Shown here: piece by piece, positions 1 through 12,705 of the stretch
How the letters are laid out: each line of letters opens with the position of its first letter
Position numbering within the stretch: the first letter of the stretch is position 1
Assembly: GCA_964304625.1 (NCBI GenBank)
Contig: OZ199840.1
Coordinates: 6,064,784 to 6,128,783, forward strand
Length of the DNA: 64,000 nucleotides
Reading direction: 5' to 3'
DNA from: Kudoa neothunni
Lineage: Eukaryota > Animalia > Cnidaria
The notes under the pieces: model-generated
Seen by the model: the letters and a program-made list of their open reading frames with translations, nothing else
Database searches by the model: none
What the model was told of the DNA's origin: nothing
Program-made: the position numbers and the translations under genes

Positions 1-842
1 ATTTTAAATTCCCTATTACAACGAGACAATCAAGATTTTCATGGTGAGATTTATTTTAACAATAAGGCTGTTTACACGGTCGTACCATATCTGTCAACAT
101 ATAGCTCGCATTCGAAGACTAACTTATTTAGTAATCATTTTTAAAAATTGTATACGCTCATATAAATTCGCTCAACTCAAGATTGCAAACATCAGTAATA
201 GTGCACATCCATATTTTACCCCTTCATTATTCTTATAAGCGAATAATAATCAATATAGTTCATTCAATCATCGTTTGTAATTGAACTTAGCTATTGTAAC
301 TCATCCTTTATGTGTCTATTTATATATTCAACAGTTAAATCTAACATTTCATTTTCCAGAAAATTTAAAATTACAAACACTGAAGTATCGCAATTTTTTA
401 ATGCGATATTTTTAAAGGAGGTTTTATGTTTGAAAATGTTCTTTGCGTCAGTTTGTCTTCGAGTGTGTGTTGATTTTTCAGACCATTTTCTCCCACCTTA
501 AATGCCACCGCGTAGATTTTTCGTTGGAAAGATAAATTTCATTATTGGCATAATAGAAACTCGAGGTGGGGTTCTCAATTATACAATTACTAAATTCAAA
601 ATTAATTTCTTCAAATTGTGGCTCGCATTCAGCGAATTCAAAATTCATTGTGTCACGTGTGCGACTATAATTGGTAATATCCGTATTTTATTATTCGGTG
701 ACTACAAAATTTTCTAAGTTTTCTATAAAAATACATGAATTTTTATTACATATAAAAGCCATTTAAAAAAATGTAAGAGTTTTTTCAAAATGTCCCCCCA
801 CCGTGGGGAACGTAATATTTTTAGCATGTGCATGAGGGTTAA
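1..842 (-). mobile_element. Degenerate piggyBac element, 5' end with decayed transposase N-terminus (continues left of the window)
   Basis: Ends in GAGGG|TTAA (TTAA 839-842) with a subterminal CCCC..GGGG palindrome near 795-808. Broken minus-strand frames resemble a PGBD transposase N-terminal half (acidic start, YLSNEKSTRW, NLTMKILIVS ~ NLTIDEQLV). Many stops. Confidence 0.55.
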
Positions 843-3236
843 TATGAACCTAATTATTGAATTTAAAGAAATAAACATGTGGTAAATATTTCGCGAAAAT
901 AACAGAATATATCCGCGATAATGTATTTGAAAAATTAATGATTTTATCGCATAAATGTTGTTCATTTTTAGATTCTCAAATGAGATGTCAATTAAAATAT
1001 ATAAATATTTTATTCTTTTTCAAATTGAATCACTTTTACTTTAAAAGAAACAAAAAGATTTTTTGATAAGATTGACGTCAATTTAGACGACTGATAGACC
1101 AAAGGATAAAATAATTTGAGAGAATCAATATATCACCAAAAATTCTTTAATCTAAAATCATTTTTAATTCATATAACCTAAAAAATATATGTCATTGTTG
1201 CTTCTAACCACCTTTAGCAATATGAATATAACACAAATATAAGAAATACACCAGGTTGTATTTTAAGCTCTTAAGATTTGTTGGGTCATTTTGACCCAAT
1301 CAATATTGCTTGATGATTTTTTAAATCTAAATGATTTTCTAACAATATTAATACAAAATATAAAACGCAATTCTCCTTGCTAATTCAAATATAGTATAAC
1401 TATAAAATAGTTTCATAAATACATAAACTAAAAAATTTGTTCACAAGAAATTAATGGTGTCAAAAGAAGAAAAAATATTGTTGTTCTCTCATATACTCCT
1501 ATATCAGCTTGATATATGTTTAACCCGGCTTATTATCTTTTAAAATACTACAGAAACGAATGATTTAAAAATTTGTAGATACATTAATTTCATTTTCATT
1601 ACAAAATCTACGTAAGGGTAAAAGACAATACTAATTTTTCTACTTCTTATAAAATAATCTAAATTATAAATATAATCTTTTTTATTATATAATCGTAAAA
1701 TAGATCAATGCGTCTTGTGAATCAAGTTAAAAATTAGTTCGCGGTTTTTAACACTGCCAGCCTCAGTATTACAAGTTAGAGTATCGAGGTATTTTACTTA
1801 AAATGATCATAAAAGATTCCACAATATGAATATCAAAAGGTCGGCCTTATCGCTTTGTAAATCATATGATATAAAAATAATAATTACGATCATTAAATTT
1901 TTGGAGGAATTTTAATGTTGTATTCATAAATGAATAAACATTTAAATTGTATTATTATCATTAATTCTACATATTGGAACTTAATATTTTCATTAAACAA
2001 TAACATTAATTTAAAATTCGAAATTTCCTGTTATTGAAAACTTTGACGGGTTAATATAACAGTTATGAATATTTGGATGGCATAAACGTAAGGATAATTT
2101 CAATTATAACATTTAAAAAATATAAGAAACAATGACGACTGTAGTTTTTTCTAATACAGTTGATATTCCATAAACAACTTCCATATTCAAAAATAAGTAA
2201 TTCTAGATAATCAATGTTAAAATATTCCAAACTTATCGCAGCTTGTCTTATGAAACTACTTTCAATTAATAATGAAGAGGTTATTCACCTTGGTGCAGGA
2301 AAAATGTCTCCTTGGTCTTAAGATGTGAGAAAAATATTAGAATAATTAATCCCACTTAAAAAATAAATCTGACTAAATTTCGGCGAATGAATATATTAGC
2401 AAGTGTCTATTTGCATTGTAAACAATATTCAGATGTCACTAGTTTTAAATATATTCATTTATAGTTCCTAAGAGCGAAGCAATGGGCCAGAAGTAATTAA
2501 ATATCATTGATTCTAAAGAATCAGAGCTGCATAATGCTCGTGAGGAAGGGTTACCGAATTAAAAAATGCCGCTCTTAATATCCAATGTAAGCTTATTAAT
2601 ATTATTCGACAAAAAAATCAAGCTTTGTCTCTGTTGTTATGTACCTATAAGAAATATAAAATTGAAATGATGATATTATAAATAATTCAATATATTGAAG
2701 AGTTTCTGATTTATTAAAGACCAAAAAAAATTATCATATTTTTTCTTATTGAGCCTAAACAAGTATATTCACATCTTTAATCAGATTATAATCTACAAAA
2801 ATGAATTCAAAATTATTAAATATCAATAAATATTTTTAAGATTTATTTCTTTCAAGCGTTGTGAAATTATTTGAATGCAAAAAGATAAGTGTATTATCTG
2901 TTCAGAAGCGCTTGGAGGATCTAACAGAAGACTTTTTTTTATTTGAAGAAATTAAAAATTAATTAATTTCTCAAATTCCTCCAAATATACCAGTTCTTAA
3001 TAAATATCATTTATTTTTATTTACATCGAGAAGACACAATGATTACTTTTTCAATATAAAATTAGCATCATAATAATAAAATATAATCTCCTTATATATC
3101 ATTTAAAAAAGTTAACCATGCCTAAAACTACACAAATGTCAAAGTTTGTAGTGAAATATATTCATTAAGCAAATTATTCTACATATTTTTCACAGCTCAA
3201 TATTCATTTTATTAAATTAAAAAATCAATAAACAAA

Positions 3237-3571
3237 ATGGCGACAATAACACCAAGAATAATCAAATAATTTTACTTTTAGTTACGCTCATAGTTACATT
3301 CATATTTCTGGACCTGATAATGCTGCTGTTGTGTATTGTGCTGTCGATGTGATTTAAAATGTCGCCCCAAAATCTTACACTTTTTAGGGTATACATGAGT
3401 AAAAGATATTTAAACAAGATGAGGATATACGGTAAAAAATTACAATCAACTCAAAGTTAAATCTCAACTATAGGCACAACATCGTTCCTACAGTCAACAA
3501 ACAACAACTTAATGACCTTCTGCTGGAAAATGAATAAAACCGATTCAACGCTAATCGATCCCAATATTTGA
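3237..3571 (+). CDS. Possible small orphan membrane-protein gene (3 exons; needs one 1-nt correction near 3265)
   Basis: AAAATGGCG start context. A hydrophobic run IILLLVTLIVTFIFLDLIMLLLCIVLS is followed by two phase-compatible GT-AG introns to VYMSKRYLNKMRIYG|TTSFLQ...IDPNI*. The frame from ATG 3237 stops early unless one A is missing. Confidence 0.3.
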
Positions 3572-3628
3572 ACAGTCAGAGATAAAAATCATAAGAGTAT
3601 CAAAATACGATATATTATACAAATAGAT

Positions 3629-4121
3629 TTATGCGTCTGATTGTCTGGTTGCACTGATATCTTTGATTTTGACTCCACAAATTGCACAAATTCCTACCAA
3701 AAATAATCAATTATTAATAGAACAATCGGCGTACACGCTCACCAAGTTTATAACAGCAGTCTAAATTAAGTTTCAATCACAATAACATTCCACTTAAAAA
3801 ATACTTTGACAATAGTGCGCATGGGGTTGATGAATAAGTCCTTTGCATTTTTTACAATTTACCTTAGACTTTGTGGTAAAATTGAATTTCCTAGATGATA
3901 AAAGTTTGTTTTCGTTTAGTTTTCTATTATTTTCTAATCGAATAGAGAGGTCATTCCGAGGTATTTATTAAAAACAAATTAAGGGTACTTGTTTGTTTTT
4001 GAACTTTATTTCGAAAAGGATCCGGGGTAATAACAGACTTTAATTTTATCTTACCTTAATACAATTTAGAATAATTTAAATTGCGATACAGCGCTCAAAA
4101 AATACATTTATCGCACACCAT
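3629..4121 (-). CDS. CRIPT: Cysteine-rich PDZ-binding protein CRIPT, 97 aa, 5 exons
   Basis: Exons 4121-4106, 4054-3989, 3933-3805, 3760-3743 and 3693-3629 splice to MVCDKCKIKLKSVITPDPFRNK...RKLNENKLLSSRK...CKKCKGLIHQPHAHYCQNCCYKLGICAICGVKIKDISATRQSDA*. This matches the CRIPT pattern (MVCEKC, VITPD, RKLNENK, HQP..HYCQ.C.YK.GICA.CG). Absent from the ORF track. Confidence 0.95.
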
Positions 4122-4140
4122 AGGATTTGTTAATGTTTTG

Positions 4141-4180
4141 TGCGCATGCGCATCGTGAAATTTCGATTGGCAGCCATCTT
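4141..4180. promoter_or_regulatory. Bidirectional CRIPT/MFAP1 promoter core: NRF1-type palindrome, CCAAT box and YY1-type site
   Basis: Perfect TGCGCATGCGCA at 4141-4152, ATTGG at 4166-4170 and GCCATCTT at 4173-4180, all in the 465 bp between the divergent start codons. A second CGCATGCGCA lies at 4568-4577. Confidence 0.55.
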
Positions 4181-4586
4181 TGTTTTAATATTGTTAAATT
4201 ATTTAAAGTCAACTATATAGATCATTTACTGAGTATTTAAACAATATACTAATTAACTCTGCGAAATTTTTTAATAGAAATTTGCATTGAACATGCTTTG
4301 AATTACTCTTATAATAATATATCTTAATATTTCATCCGGTAATAATCAAACAAATCAGTGAAACAAACATATTTATAATTTTAAAATACACAATAGTTTA
4401 GTCAATTAAGTTATATCTTTCATTGGAGAAATATCACGGCGTTGCGACATAACGAAAATTTCTATAAAGAAAAGAATATATATTTTTGACTTGACAGATT
4501 TTATTATAATGAATATTTTGCATTATTTTTTAATTAATGCATCAAATAATCAACTTATTGAATTTGTCGCATGCGCATCATACCAA

Positions 4587-6406
4587 ATGTCCAGCTTTAA
4601 CCGGGGAATTTCCACTGGAAATGCAAAAATAGACAATAAAATAAAAGGCCTTGGCAAGAAAAATGTCAGTTCTACCGCAGGAGCTATTGTGACGACCAAC
4701 GAAAAAGGTTTAAGCAACTTCAAAGAGATATCATGTATTTTACAAACCATTAGGAGAAACGACTATGGAAAAGGTGAAAGTGAAGCGTTATGTTGCAGGA
4801 AAAATGTTAGTTGCCATTTGTTATTTCGCAAGTGGTTTAATGGTTGTATATTAGACCGGAATTTAAAACCGCTGTCGAACCAATCAAACCATCGTCTGCT
4901 GCTCCAAAATCTAAATCAGAAACTGCATCACAAGAAAGCTATTACACGGTTAGAGATGATTTAAATCGGAAAATTAATGAGTGAGTTTTTCACAGAATTC
5001 GGTCAATTTTTGATTGGTTCAGGTTCAATATTGATGACCAACAAAGTCATCGCAATCAAATCCACGCTGGGAATGAAATCAAGGTCAATTTTGGTAGAAA
5101 ACAAAATGTACAAGACGCGGACTCTTCGATTGAATTCAATCAACCTGCTCAAGGCCTTCAACGCGACTCGATTGATGATCAAAGCCAAGATGATGCTGCG
5201 TTACGCCGACGTCTCATGAAAGAGAAATTGCTTGCACAACAACAAAAGGAGCAAATCAAGTCGAAGAATGCCAATCAGGCGATTAACGCCACAACTGATA
5301 CAGCCCAAGTTCCCCAAGACAGCACTGACGATGAATATGAATATTATTCATCTGAAGAGGATGAGGAGTATTCTGATGATGCTGGAGTTGCAGTTCCTCG
5401 TCTGAAACCGGTTTTTGTTCGAAAGTAACAGTTGAAATTAGTGGAATTGCGAATAATTGTGATGATCAACATACTAGAGAGGATCGTGTAACTTTGCATG
5501 AGGATGAAACCGATCCCAATAATAGCAGTGTTGTAAAATCATCTGATGTAGCCGACCAAAAACTGCTTTTGGAACGACGTAAAGAATCTCGACGAATGGT
5601 CTCTGCTATTAGAAAAGAGGAGTTGGTTGATGAGCAAAATGTTGACACCTTTGATCAAGTTGTTATCACAGATGATGAAGATGACGAGGCTGAGGTGAAT
5701 GTTAAAGTTGATTTGATCGCTCTCTTCAATTAGTCGTTGTATAGTTCGAAGCGTGGAAACTACGTGAACTCAAACGAATGAAACGTGATATCGAAGAGAG
5801 ACAAGAGTATATACATGAACATAATTTAATTGTTCGGTTATTTGTTTGTAGGCTTGAAAATGAAAAAATTGAGTTGGAAAAAATCAGAAATATGAGCGAA
5901 AAAGAACGAATCAAATATTTCGAACAAAACCCCAAATTAGTTACCAACCAAGCTTCGAAAGGAACCTATAAATATCTACAGAAATACTACCATAGAGGAG
6001 CCTTCTTTTTGGTGATTTTATTAGCAACTGATGGTTGTAATCAAGTTGATAACAATTCTTTGTGTTGTAGGATCGTGAAGATGAAATATTTAAACGTAAC
6101 TACGACGCCCCAACCCTCGAAGATCACTTTGATAAATCTGTGCTGCCTGATTACCTACAAATTAAAAACTTTGGTAAAGTTGGTCGCACCAAATACACCC
6201 ATTTGACTGATCAAGATACCACTGATGTATCGGTTTCTTTTGATTCGTCAAATTTAATTAAACTGTAGCATTTGTTAAATCGAGATGAAGCGAGTGCTAA
6301 TATTCCCGCCTTTCAACAAAAACTTCATTCCAAGATATCAGCCGGCTCAAAGCAGATTTTCGAGAAACCTTCTCACAAAAGAAAACGTCATATTGATGAT
6401 AATTGA
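4587..6406 (+). CDS. MFAP1: Microfibrillar-associated protein 1 (spliceosomal B-complex factor), multi-exon
   Basis: Spliced motifs [36 protein letters not shown]|[47 protein letters not shown]...[20 protein letters not shown]. Introns of about 45-60 bp, all GT-AG where checked. Confidence 0.96.
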
Positions 6407-8859
6407 TTTTTATTTTTTAAACTGTTTTATGTATTTTTGTGATATATTAGTTGTTCTCATTCTACTCTTTTTTATTTTAATAATTTAAGAGATTATCCTA
6501 TAAACTCTTGAAGCAACAAACCTTAGCATCGTTAGGCTTGCAGTGTTAGGGAATTGCTTAATTGTTTGTATAATGGGTGGTGGATAATACGTAGTCCATT
6601 CGGAAGAAGGGAAATGAATATTATTCGACAATTTGTTTAAAATTCTGTATTTTATTTGATTGTTGTCGAAAAACTATATCTCGGGTGGAAAAATTCAACT
6701 AAATTATGTTTATAAACAGGGATCGTCGTTTCGACTAAAATTGACTTAAATCGATTTTAATCGTCGAGTTTTTAAAAAATCTTTGATATTTATTATCCAG
6801 GAATACTCAAAACCTTCCAAAAACTTATATGAGTAATAATCGGAGAGAAATTAAAAGTTTTTTGTTGAATTAATCCAAACAAAGAAGACGGAAAACGAAT
6901 TAGTCTTCAATACTGCAAAGTGAAATTACCTCCACAGCAAAATAAATTCAATGTAACATACATCGCTAAAAACGCATTTCAAAACACATCTCTGCCAGTT
7001 ATTTTTTTTGATAGAAAAAACGATAAAATAGAGGAAAATTTGGTTTCTGTTATTGTTCTTGATACCCTTCCATTATCGCTATTTCACAAGAGAAGTTTTT
7101 TATGGGGATTATGTTCCACATTCTTTTTAATTTAATGTGTTCAAACATGTGCACACTCGTACTTCTAAACCAACCAAAATAAACGCCGATTTCAATTGTC
7201 GAATTTTTTTAAAGTGAACGTCAAAAACGGTAATCCCAATTTATAAACATCAATTTAATCCTCCTATGCCACCATGATGGACAGAGTGTCTACTATGGTG
7301 GTTTTCTTAAAATATAACATCCTTTTTAAAGTCTCTTAGTACTTATGTTTCTTTTATTATATTTCACTGGATTTACATGTAGAATATTAAATTATAGCTA
7401 ATTTTTTAAAGTCTGAGATCAATAAATCGTTTATCTTAAAAAAATTCCGCCCATGCCTGGAGGTAAACACCTATCCAGCAAAGTGTGTTTTAAATTTACC
7501 ATTCTAATAATAGTTTTATAATATTGATATTTTACCTACAGATTCTTAAGAATATTTTTATACTTCAAATTAAGTTTGGTCAGGTTAAAATGAGTTAGAG
7601 ATACATAAATTCTAAAAGGAATGTTCATTTCCAGGCGTTTAAGAAGGTGACCTTCCAGTCTATTCTATGATTTCCTAGATAATGCACTACATATTTCATA
7701 ATAATGATGTTTTAATAAATTACACCTGTAAAGATACTCAAATTTAAGTTTTTATTCTAATCTGAGCATAATTACCTCTTTAAGGTGTATTCAATTGAGA
7801 CAAGCTAAGTCTACGAATGATCGTGGACTGTGCTCCTGTCCAGGCAATTAAGGAATTGTCTTATTTTTGTATAATTTCCTAGATTCTTCTAGTGCAGTGC
7901 TTCCCCCATTCATTTTAGTTTCCATACCCCCTACTACTTACGAAGACAACTCCGCACCCTTTCTCAAAAAGGAGATTTAAAATGGATTTATTTTCTGGTT
8001 GGGAAAATGTTTGTGTTAAAATAACATTAAAAAGAAAAAACCCATCTATTTTAACAAGAAACCGAATGTGAAAACAATAAATAAAACAAATAAAATTAAC
8101 AATAAATTAAATGTTTTGAATTTTCTTTCTTGGCTTTTTCGGACAATAATTGGGTCAAAATGGGACTCTTTATCAGATAAAGTTATGAATAAATCATAAT
8201 TTGTAAAGTTACAAGATATGCTAAAATTTTTGTGCAAAATGTCAGATGTTAATAGTTGAGCTTACGCGAAATTTTGGATTTTGTAATTTATTTGTTTAAT
8301 TATAAATTTAAAGTAATTAAACAAAAAAAATCTAAATAACGTAACCTTGACACTAATTAAAATTTAACTCTTACTTGCATTATAGTTTCATTAAAAATAA
8401 TATATAATACAATTTTTAATAATTCATCCATTTTAAAATCTTTTATATGTCGTTTATCTTTCCAATTAAAAGTAAATATTTTATAATTTTTTGCGTTGTT
8501 CCATTTAAAATATAAACAAAATAATTCATTTAGGTACGAAAAAGGAATAAGTTATCGTTTTTATACCATATGCTAAAACAAAGTAGATAGAAGAAACAAA
8601 AATGTTCAAGAATTTTCATCAAATGACTATTTATTTAATACACTTATTTCAGCTTCGATTGTGCATGAATCGCACATGATATATTGTCGAGAGAGATTCT
8701 GATTACTTGGAATCGATACTTGATGTACAAAGTATGCTAAGTGGTCAAATTTTTCGTTGACTCTAGACGTGAATCTCGGACCCCCAGTAACTGTCTCCCG
8801 GAAGCCCTGTTCTGGAGTATTCTCAGATGTTATGGATACATTTATGCAATTCTCCATTA

Positions 8860-9183
8860 TTATGGAATATTCTACGCCATTTCTTTGATAAAACGGGCGT
8901 TCGTAGGAGGTCGTCAGTCTAACAATAAATAACATCGAGGGTTTTATATATATTTCATCAGCAGATTCTGAATAAAAGTGGATCCGAAGATCTTGAGGTA
9001 ATAGACACAATTATTGACAAACTCATTAACCATAAGGGTGATGACACTGATTTTGACGGCGATCTATAAATTGATAACTCATCAAATGTCATTCCTGCGG
9101 AAGAGGGGAAGACAATGACAAGTGGTATTCTCAGCCAACTCGAATTGAAGGGCGAACAAATTTTGAAAATATATATGATATAA
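8860..9183 (+). mobile_element. Decayed pogo/Tigger-type transposase C-terminal fragment
   Basis: Frameshifted translation FYAISLIKRA / EVVSLTINN resembles the DDE_1 end (DAI.LI..AW.EV...TI.N). It is followed by an acidic tail with an internal stop. Confidence 0.35.
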
Positions 9184-9198
9184 ACTAAACTTTTACAT

Positions 9199-9714
9199 CA
9201 GTGGTTCCAAACCGAGATTCAATCGAACCCTCAGGGTTCAGTGAGCTAGTGCCAGGGATTCGACGGACGCGGAAATATTTTATTGTTCGGTCTGCGCCAG
9301 TTTTTATCAGATCCAAAAATACTATAACTAAGTTTCCTATTCTCATTTAAATACAAAGAATGCCACGACGACGAAAAAATATTTACAGAAATTAGCTTTT
9401 TTATTCAAATCATTCACTTTTTAAATTGAAGAATTAATGAAAAAATTTTTCAGTGAAAACTATTCCAAATTTTTACGATATGTGTAAGTATATAATTAAT
9501 TTTAAATGTATACTTATTAATTCACACATCAATGAATTGTCCATTCATGTATAAATATTTATTATTTATAATATTTAAAATAATGATTATTTTACATAAA
9601 AATGTATTTATTATCTGAGGACTTCATACAATAATCATAAAAAGATATGAAGTAAAAAATTAATTATCCTAACAGAGAGGGGTTTGACGAAATCGAAAAT
9701 GTTGAGATTTATTG
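9199..9714. mobile_element. hAT (Charlie/Buster-like) non-autonomous element
   Basis: Left end CAGTGGTTCCAAACC with internal GAACCC/GGGTTC repeats. Degenerate right end GGGGTTTGACG...GTTGAGATTTATTG. No clean TSD. Confidence 0.4.
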
Positions 9715-9719
9715 TACTA

Positions 9720-10161
9720 GATGCTGGTCAATTGTCGTTTATACAACATAACACATGCGGCAACATATTACGCATTTCAACTGCATGGGACTAAGAACCT
9801 CAATTTCTTAGTTAATACAAGCTTCAGTCCAAAAGAGAATTCCAAAAAAAACTATCAATGTAGCTTTTATAGGAATCCAAAACAAATATAAAAAATAATA
9901 GTGAAAAGACGGACGATGAGCCAAGAAAATGCGGACATTGTGGTGTTCCTAACAGATCTTCCAAAAAACGATGTCGTACAAGATACAGTATGTACGACCA
10001 ATTCACTTTTGACGAACATAAATAAATGTAATATTATGAAAAACATATTTTGTTAAATAAATCATTGTTTTGTCACATATTTCACTGTTTTTTGAGGGAT
10101 GGACACAAAGTCCACCTCCAGACGTGCGCGTAAATTTTTTTCCTGGGTCCCGGAGAGTTAA
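9720..10161 (+). mobile_element. piggyBac 3' end remnant with cysteine-rich-domain fragment
   Basis: Translation PRKCGHCGVPNRSSKKRCRTRY resembles the piggyBac C-terminal CRD. Terminus GGGTCCCGGAGAG|TTAA (TTAA 10158-10161). Confidence 0.5.
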
Positions 10162-10677
10162 GTAATGTAATAAATTCTATATGAAATAGAAAAGTGCGTA
10201 TCAATCGTCACCAATTGTAAGAAGGCAGGGGTAATTGACATGGAAATTTGTAATCCTAAAATGTGAGTGATCATGCGCGATGGATATTTTTTTAATCCCA
10301 GTAATTTTTACTCACAAGCTGTGTATAATTTTAATTTTTTACAATTAAATGTAGTGATAATAACGATGCTAGATTGTTATTTACATGCCAATAGCCACTT
10401 CCTTACAATAACATTTATTACAAAATTAAAAATTCGACAGAGTAGGAAATAATTAATCAATTCGTTAATATAAAAATACATCCAAATAAAATGAAACTAA
10501 GACATAAGCCGGGTAATTAAATAACTATATATTAACTATGGGTTTTGATTTTATTATGGAACTTTCTCTGGAAGCAATCGAAAAAATATATAATAAGAAA
10601 ATCAATTTATTTATTTATAATACGTCGAATTTTTTTGCTTCCCATTTTTAATTTTGTCTATTCAATTATTCTTACTT

Positions 10678-10703
10678 GCGCGTGCGTGCGTGCGTGCGTG
10701 CGT
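10678..10703. repeat. (GCGT)n microsatellite
   Basis: gcgcgtgcgtgcgtgcgtgcgtgcgt is directly visible. Confidence 0.9.
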
Positions 10704-11886
10704 GATGTATTCCCTTATGTTCTGAATTTAGCGTTATGTAAAAAAGGTCTCCACCCACATACCACATAGCTATTATTTACTTATAACAATCCAAGCTAAT
10801 TATAATTGAAGTTTTTCTCAAAATTGATTTTTAAGAACAAATGCATTAGTTAGTGTGAAATTAAATTCAAAATCTGGAAATAATTAACAATGATCATTGA
10901 TTGAATGTTAACAAATTATTTAAATATAATTAGATGCTAAAATAACTCAATTGTTATAATCATTAAATTTATAATGATATAAAAAGTGTTCTAACGTATT
11001 TTAGGCTTAAAATTTAAAATTTTTAATGAAAGTTAACCTTATAAATCGGAATATATACCAAATATCCATACATCCAGAGGTAACTAGATGAACAATTTTC
11101 TTAATAATTTATTGTATTCGAAAGCTGTAACAGAGTTAACTGAACAGACTTTCAAACAAGAATTTTATTTGTAGCTTACTTATATCTACAAATATAGGTG
11201 AGAATTTTATCTTCAAATAACGATTGTGTGAGTTGTAATAAACCAAGAGTTAATAGATGGCATTATTGAAGCATTTCTTGATAAATGTATACATAATATT
11301 TATTGATCAACGAACAAACGCATAATAACTCAACGCCGGAAACTCAATTTCACAAGTGGGAATAAATTCTTGAATAAATTTATCTTTAGGAATTTAGTCA
11401 ATAATATATTTCTTTGTAATCATCGGTTGAATAAAATTAATAAATTTACTGAATTTTTACTTTATCTTCAGTGATAACAAAGTTTTAAATGCATTTATTT
11501 GATTATAAATTAATTCCATTTGTTTTTAAAACGAATTCCCACGGCTTAAACAAGGAAACTAGAAAGAATGAATGCCCTATTTATTGTTGAATATATTAAG
11601 CGGAGTTATTTGATTTAAGTGTCTATTTGATTTTCAGGGCCACAAACTGTATAGTTGATGAATACATTGATCTCTATTTGAGGCATGGATAGAATGTAAA
11701 TGTATTCAACCAATAGAAAAAAATCAAAAACCACCTTGTGAATAATTTCCATTCTATATCTATAGTTTATTTTGGGTTTAGCGCAAACACCAAACCTCAT
11801 ATGTGAATTTGGTCAAAAATAAACCATCTCCAAACAAACCTCAACCCAAAAGGGATAAACCCACTATCCCATGAGAGTAAACAACG

Positions 11887-12243
11887 ATGAACAATGTTTA
11901 CACCATTTTCATTATCATTATGTTTTCCATTTTTATATTGATATTTGTGTTGTATTTATTTTGCTATTGTTTCTCCAAACGTAATTTTGTATTAATTTTG
12001 TCAGCGTTCTAACATTCCTAAAATGTAGTGCAAAACAATCTCGAGCGAAGAAATGCTATAATTCAAGTGGAAATAGGCTCGGAAGTGCATCACATCGTTG
12101 TGGAACCAAATATTGAAATTCCTGCCCCTCCGTACAAATCCCAAACCAGTGTAGAAGTTGATACTGTAACTGAAACCCAACCACCGTCGTATAGAACTAC
12201 CACCACAAACAGTGATAACCGCGTCAAAATATATTATAAATAA
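11887..12243 (+). CDS. Small single-pass membrane protein with PPxY motif (paralog A), 102 aa, 2 exons
   Basis: Exons 11887-11980 and 12029-12243 (48-bp phase-1 GT-AG intron): MNNVYTIFIIIMFSIFILIFVLYLFCYCFSKLQNNLERR...IPAPPYKS...TQPPSYRT...KIYYK*. Confidence 0.75.
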
Positions 12244-12407
12244 ATTCAAATAATAATATAGATAACAATGTGTAATTACTTTTACGTTGAAAAATATTTC
12301 TTCCAACCAACCGTAATCAACAAAAACAAATAACATCTACTAAACGGATGTTTATAACTTTTTGATGTACAAACCAATTTAAATTCTATAAACAATAATC
12401 CATCATA

Positions 12408-12705
12408 ATGTTTATCGATAGTAATACCCAGCCTCATTACTATTCTTTGTTAGATGATGAATCTCTCACTACTATAATTCTATTTTGTCTCTGTATTCTA
12501 CTGATACTAATTGTGCATATACTGTTCGTTAGGATAATTATTAAAAGTAAATCTTTCATTCTGCATAATAATGACGGTTTATTAAGAACTTCGTCGTAGC
12601 CAAGACATCCAAATTAGGGATACGAGCGTAGTAACACCTCCAACATACAACTGGGCCGCTGTCTGTGTAGAAAATATCTCACCTCCACAATATATCACAA
12701 TTTGA
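12408..12705 (+). CDS. Small single-pass membrane protein with two PPxY motifs (paralog B), 85 aa, 2 exons
   Basis: Exons 12408-12546 and 12587-12705 (40-bp phase-1 GT-AG intron): MFIDS...TTIILFCLCILLILIVHILFVRIIIKKLRRSQDIQIRDTSVVTPPTYNWAAVCVENISPPQYITI*. Confidence 0.75.

Noticed and set aside
1450-2900. Possible MULE-like transposase remnant on the minus strand
   Set aside because: Only faint motif resemblance across many stops. Not supportable without a profile search.
8627-9010. 127-aa minus-strand ORF
   Set aside because: No recognisable domain or splice context. The opposite strand resembles a decayed pogo/Tigger transposase.
10930-11870. Exon-like segments with GT/AG signals upstream of the PPxY pair
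   Set aside because: No consistent stop-free spliced frame could be built on either strand. Left unannotated.
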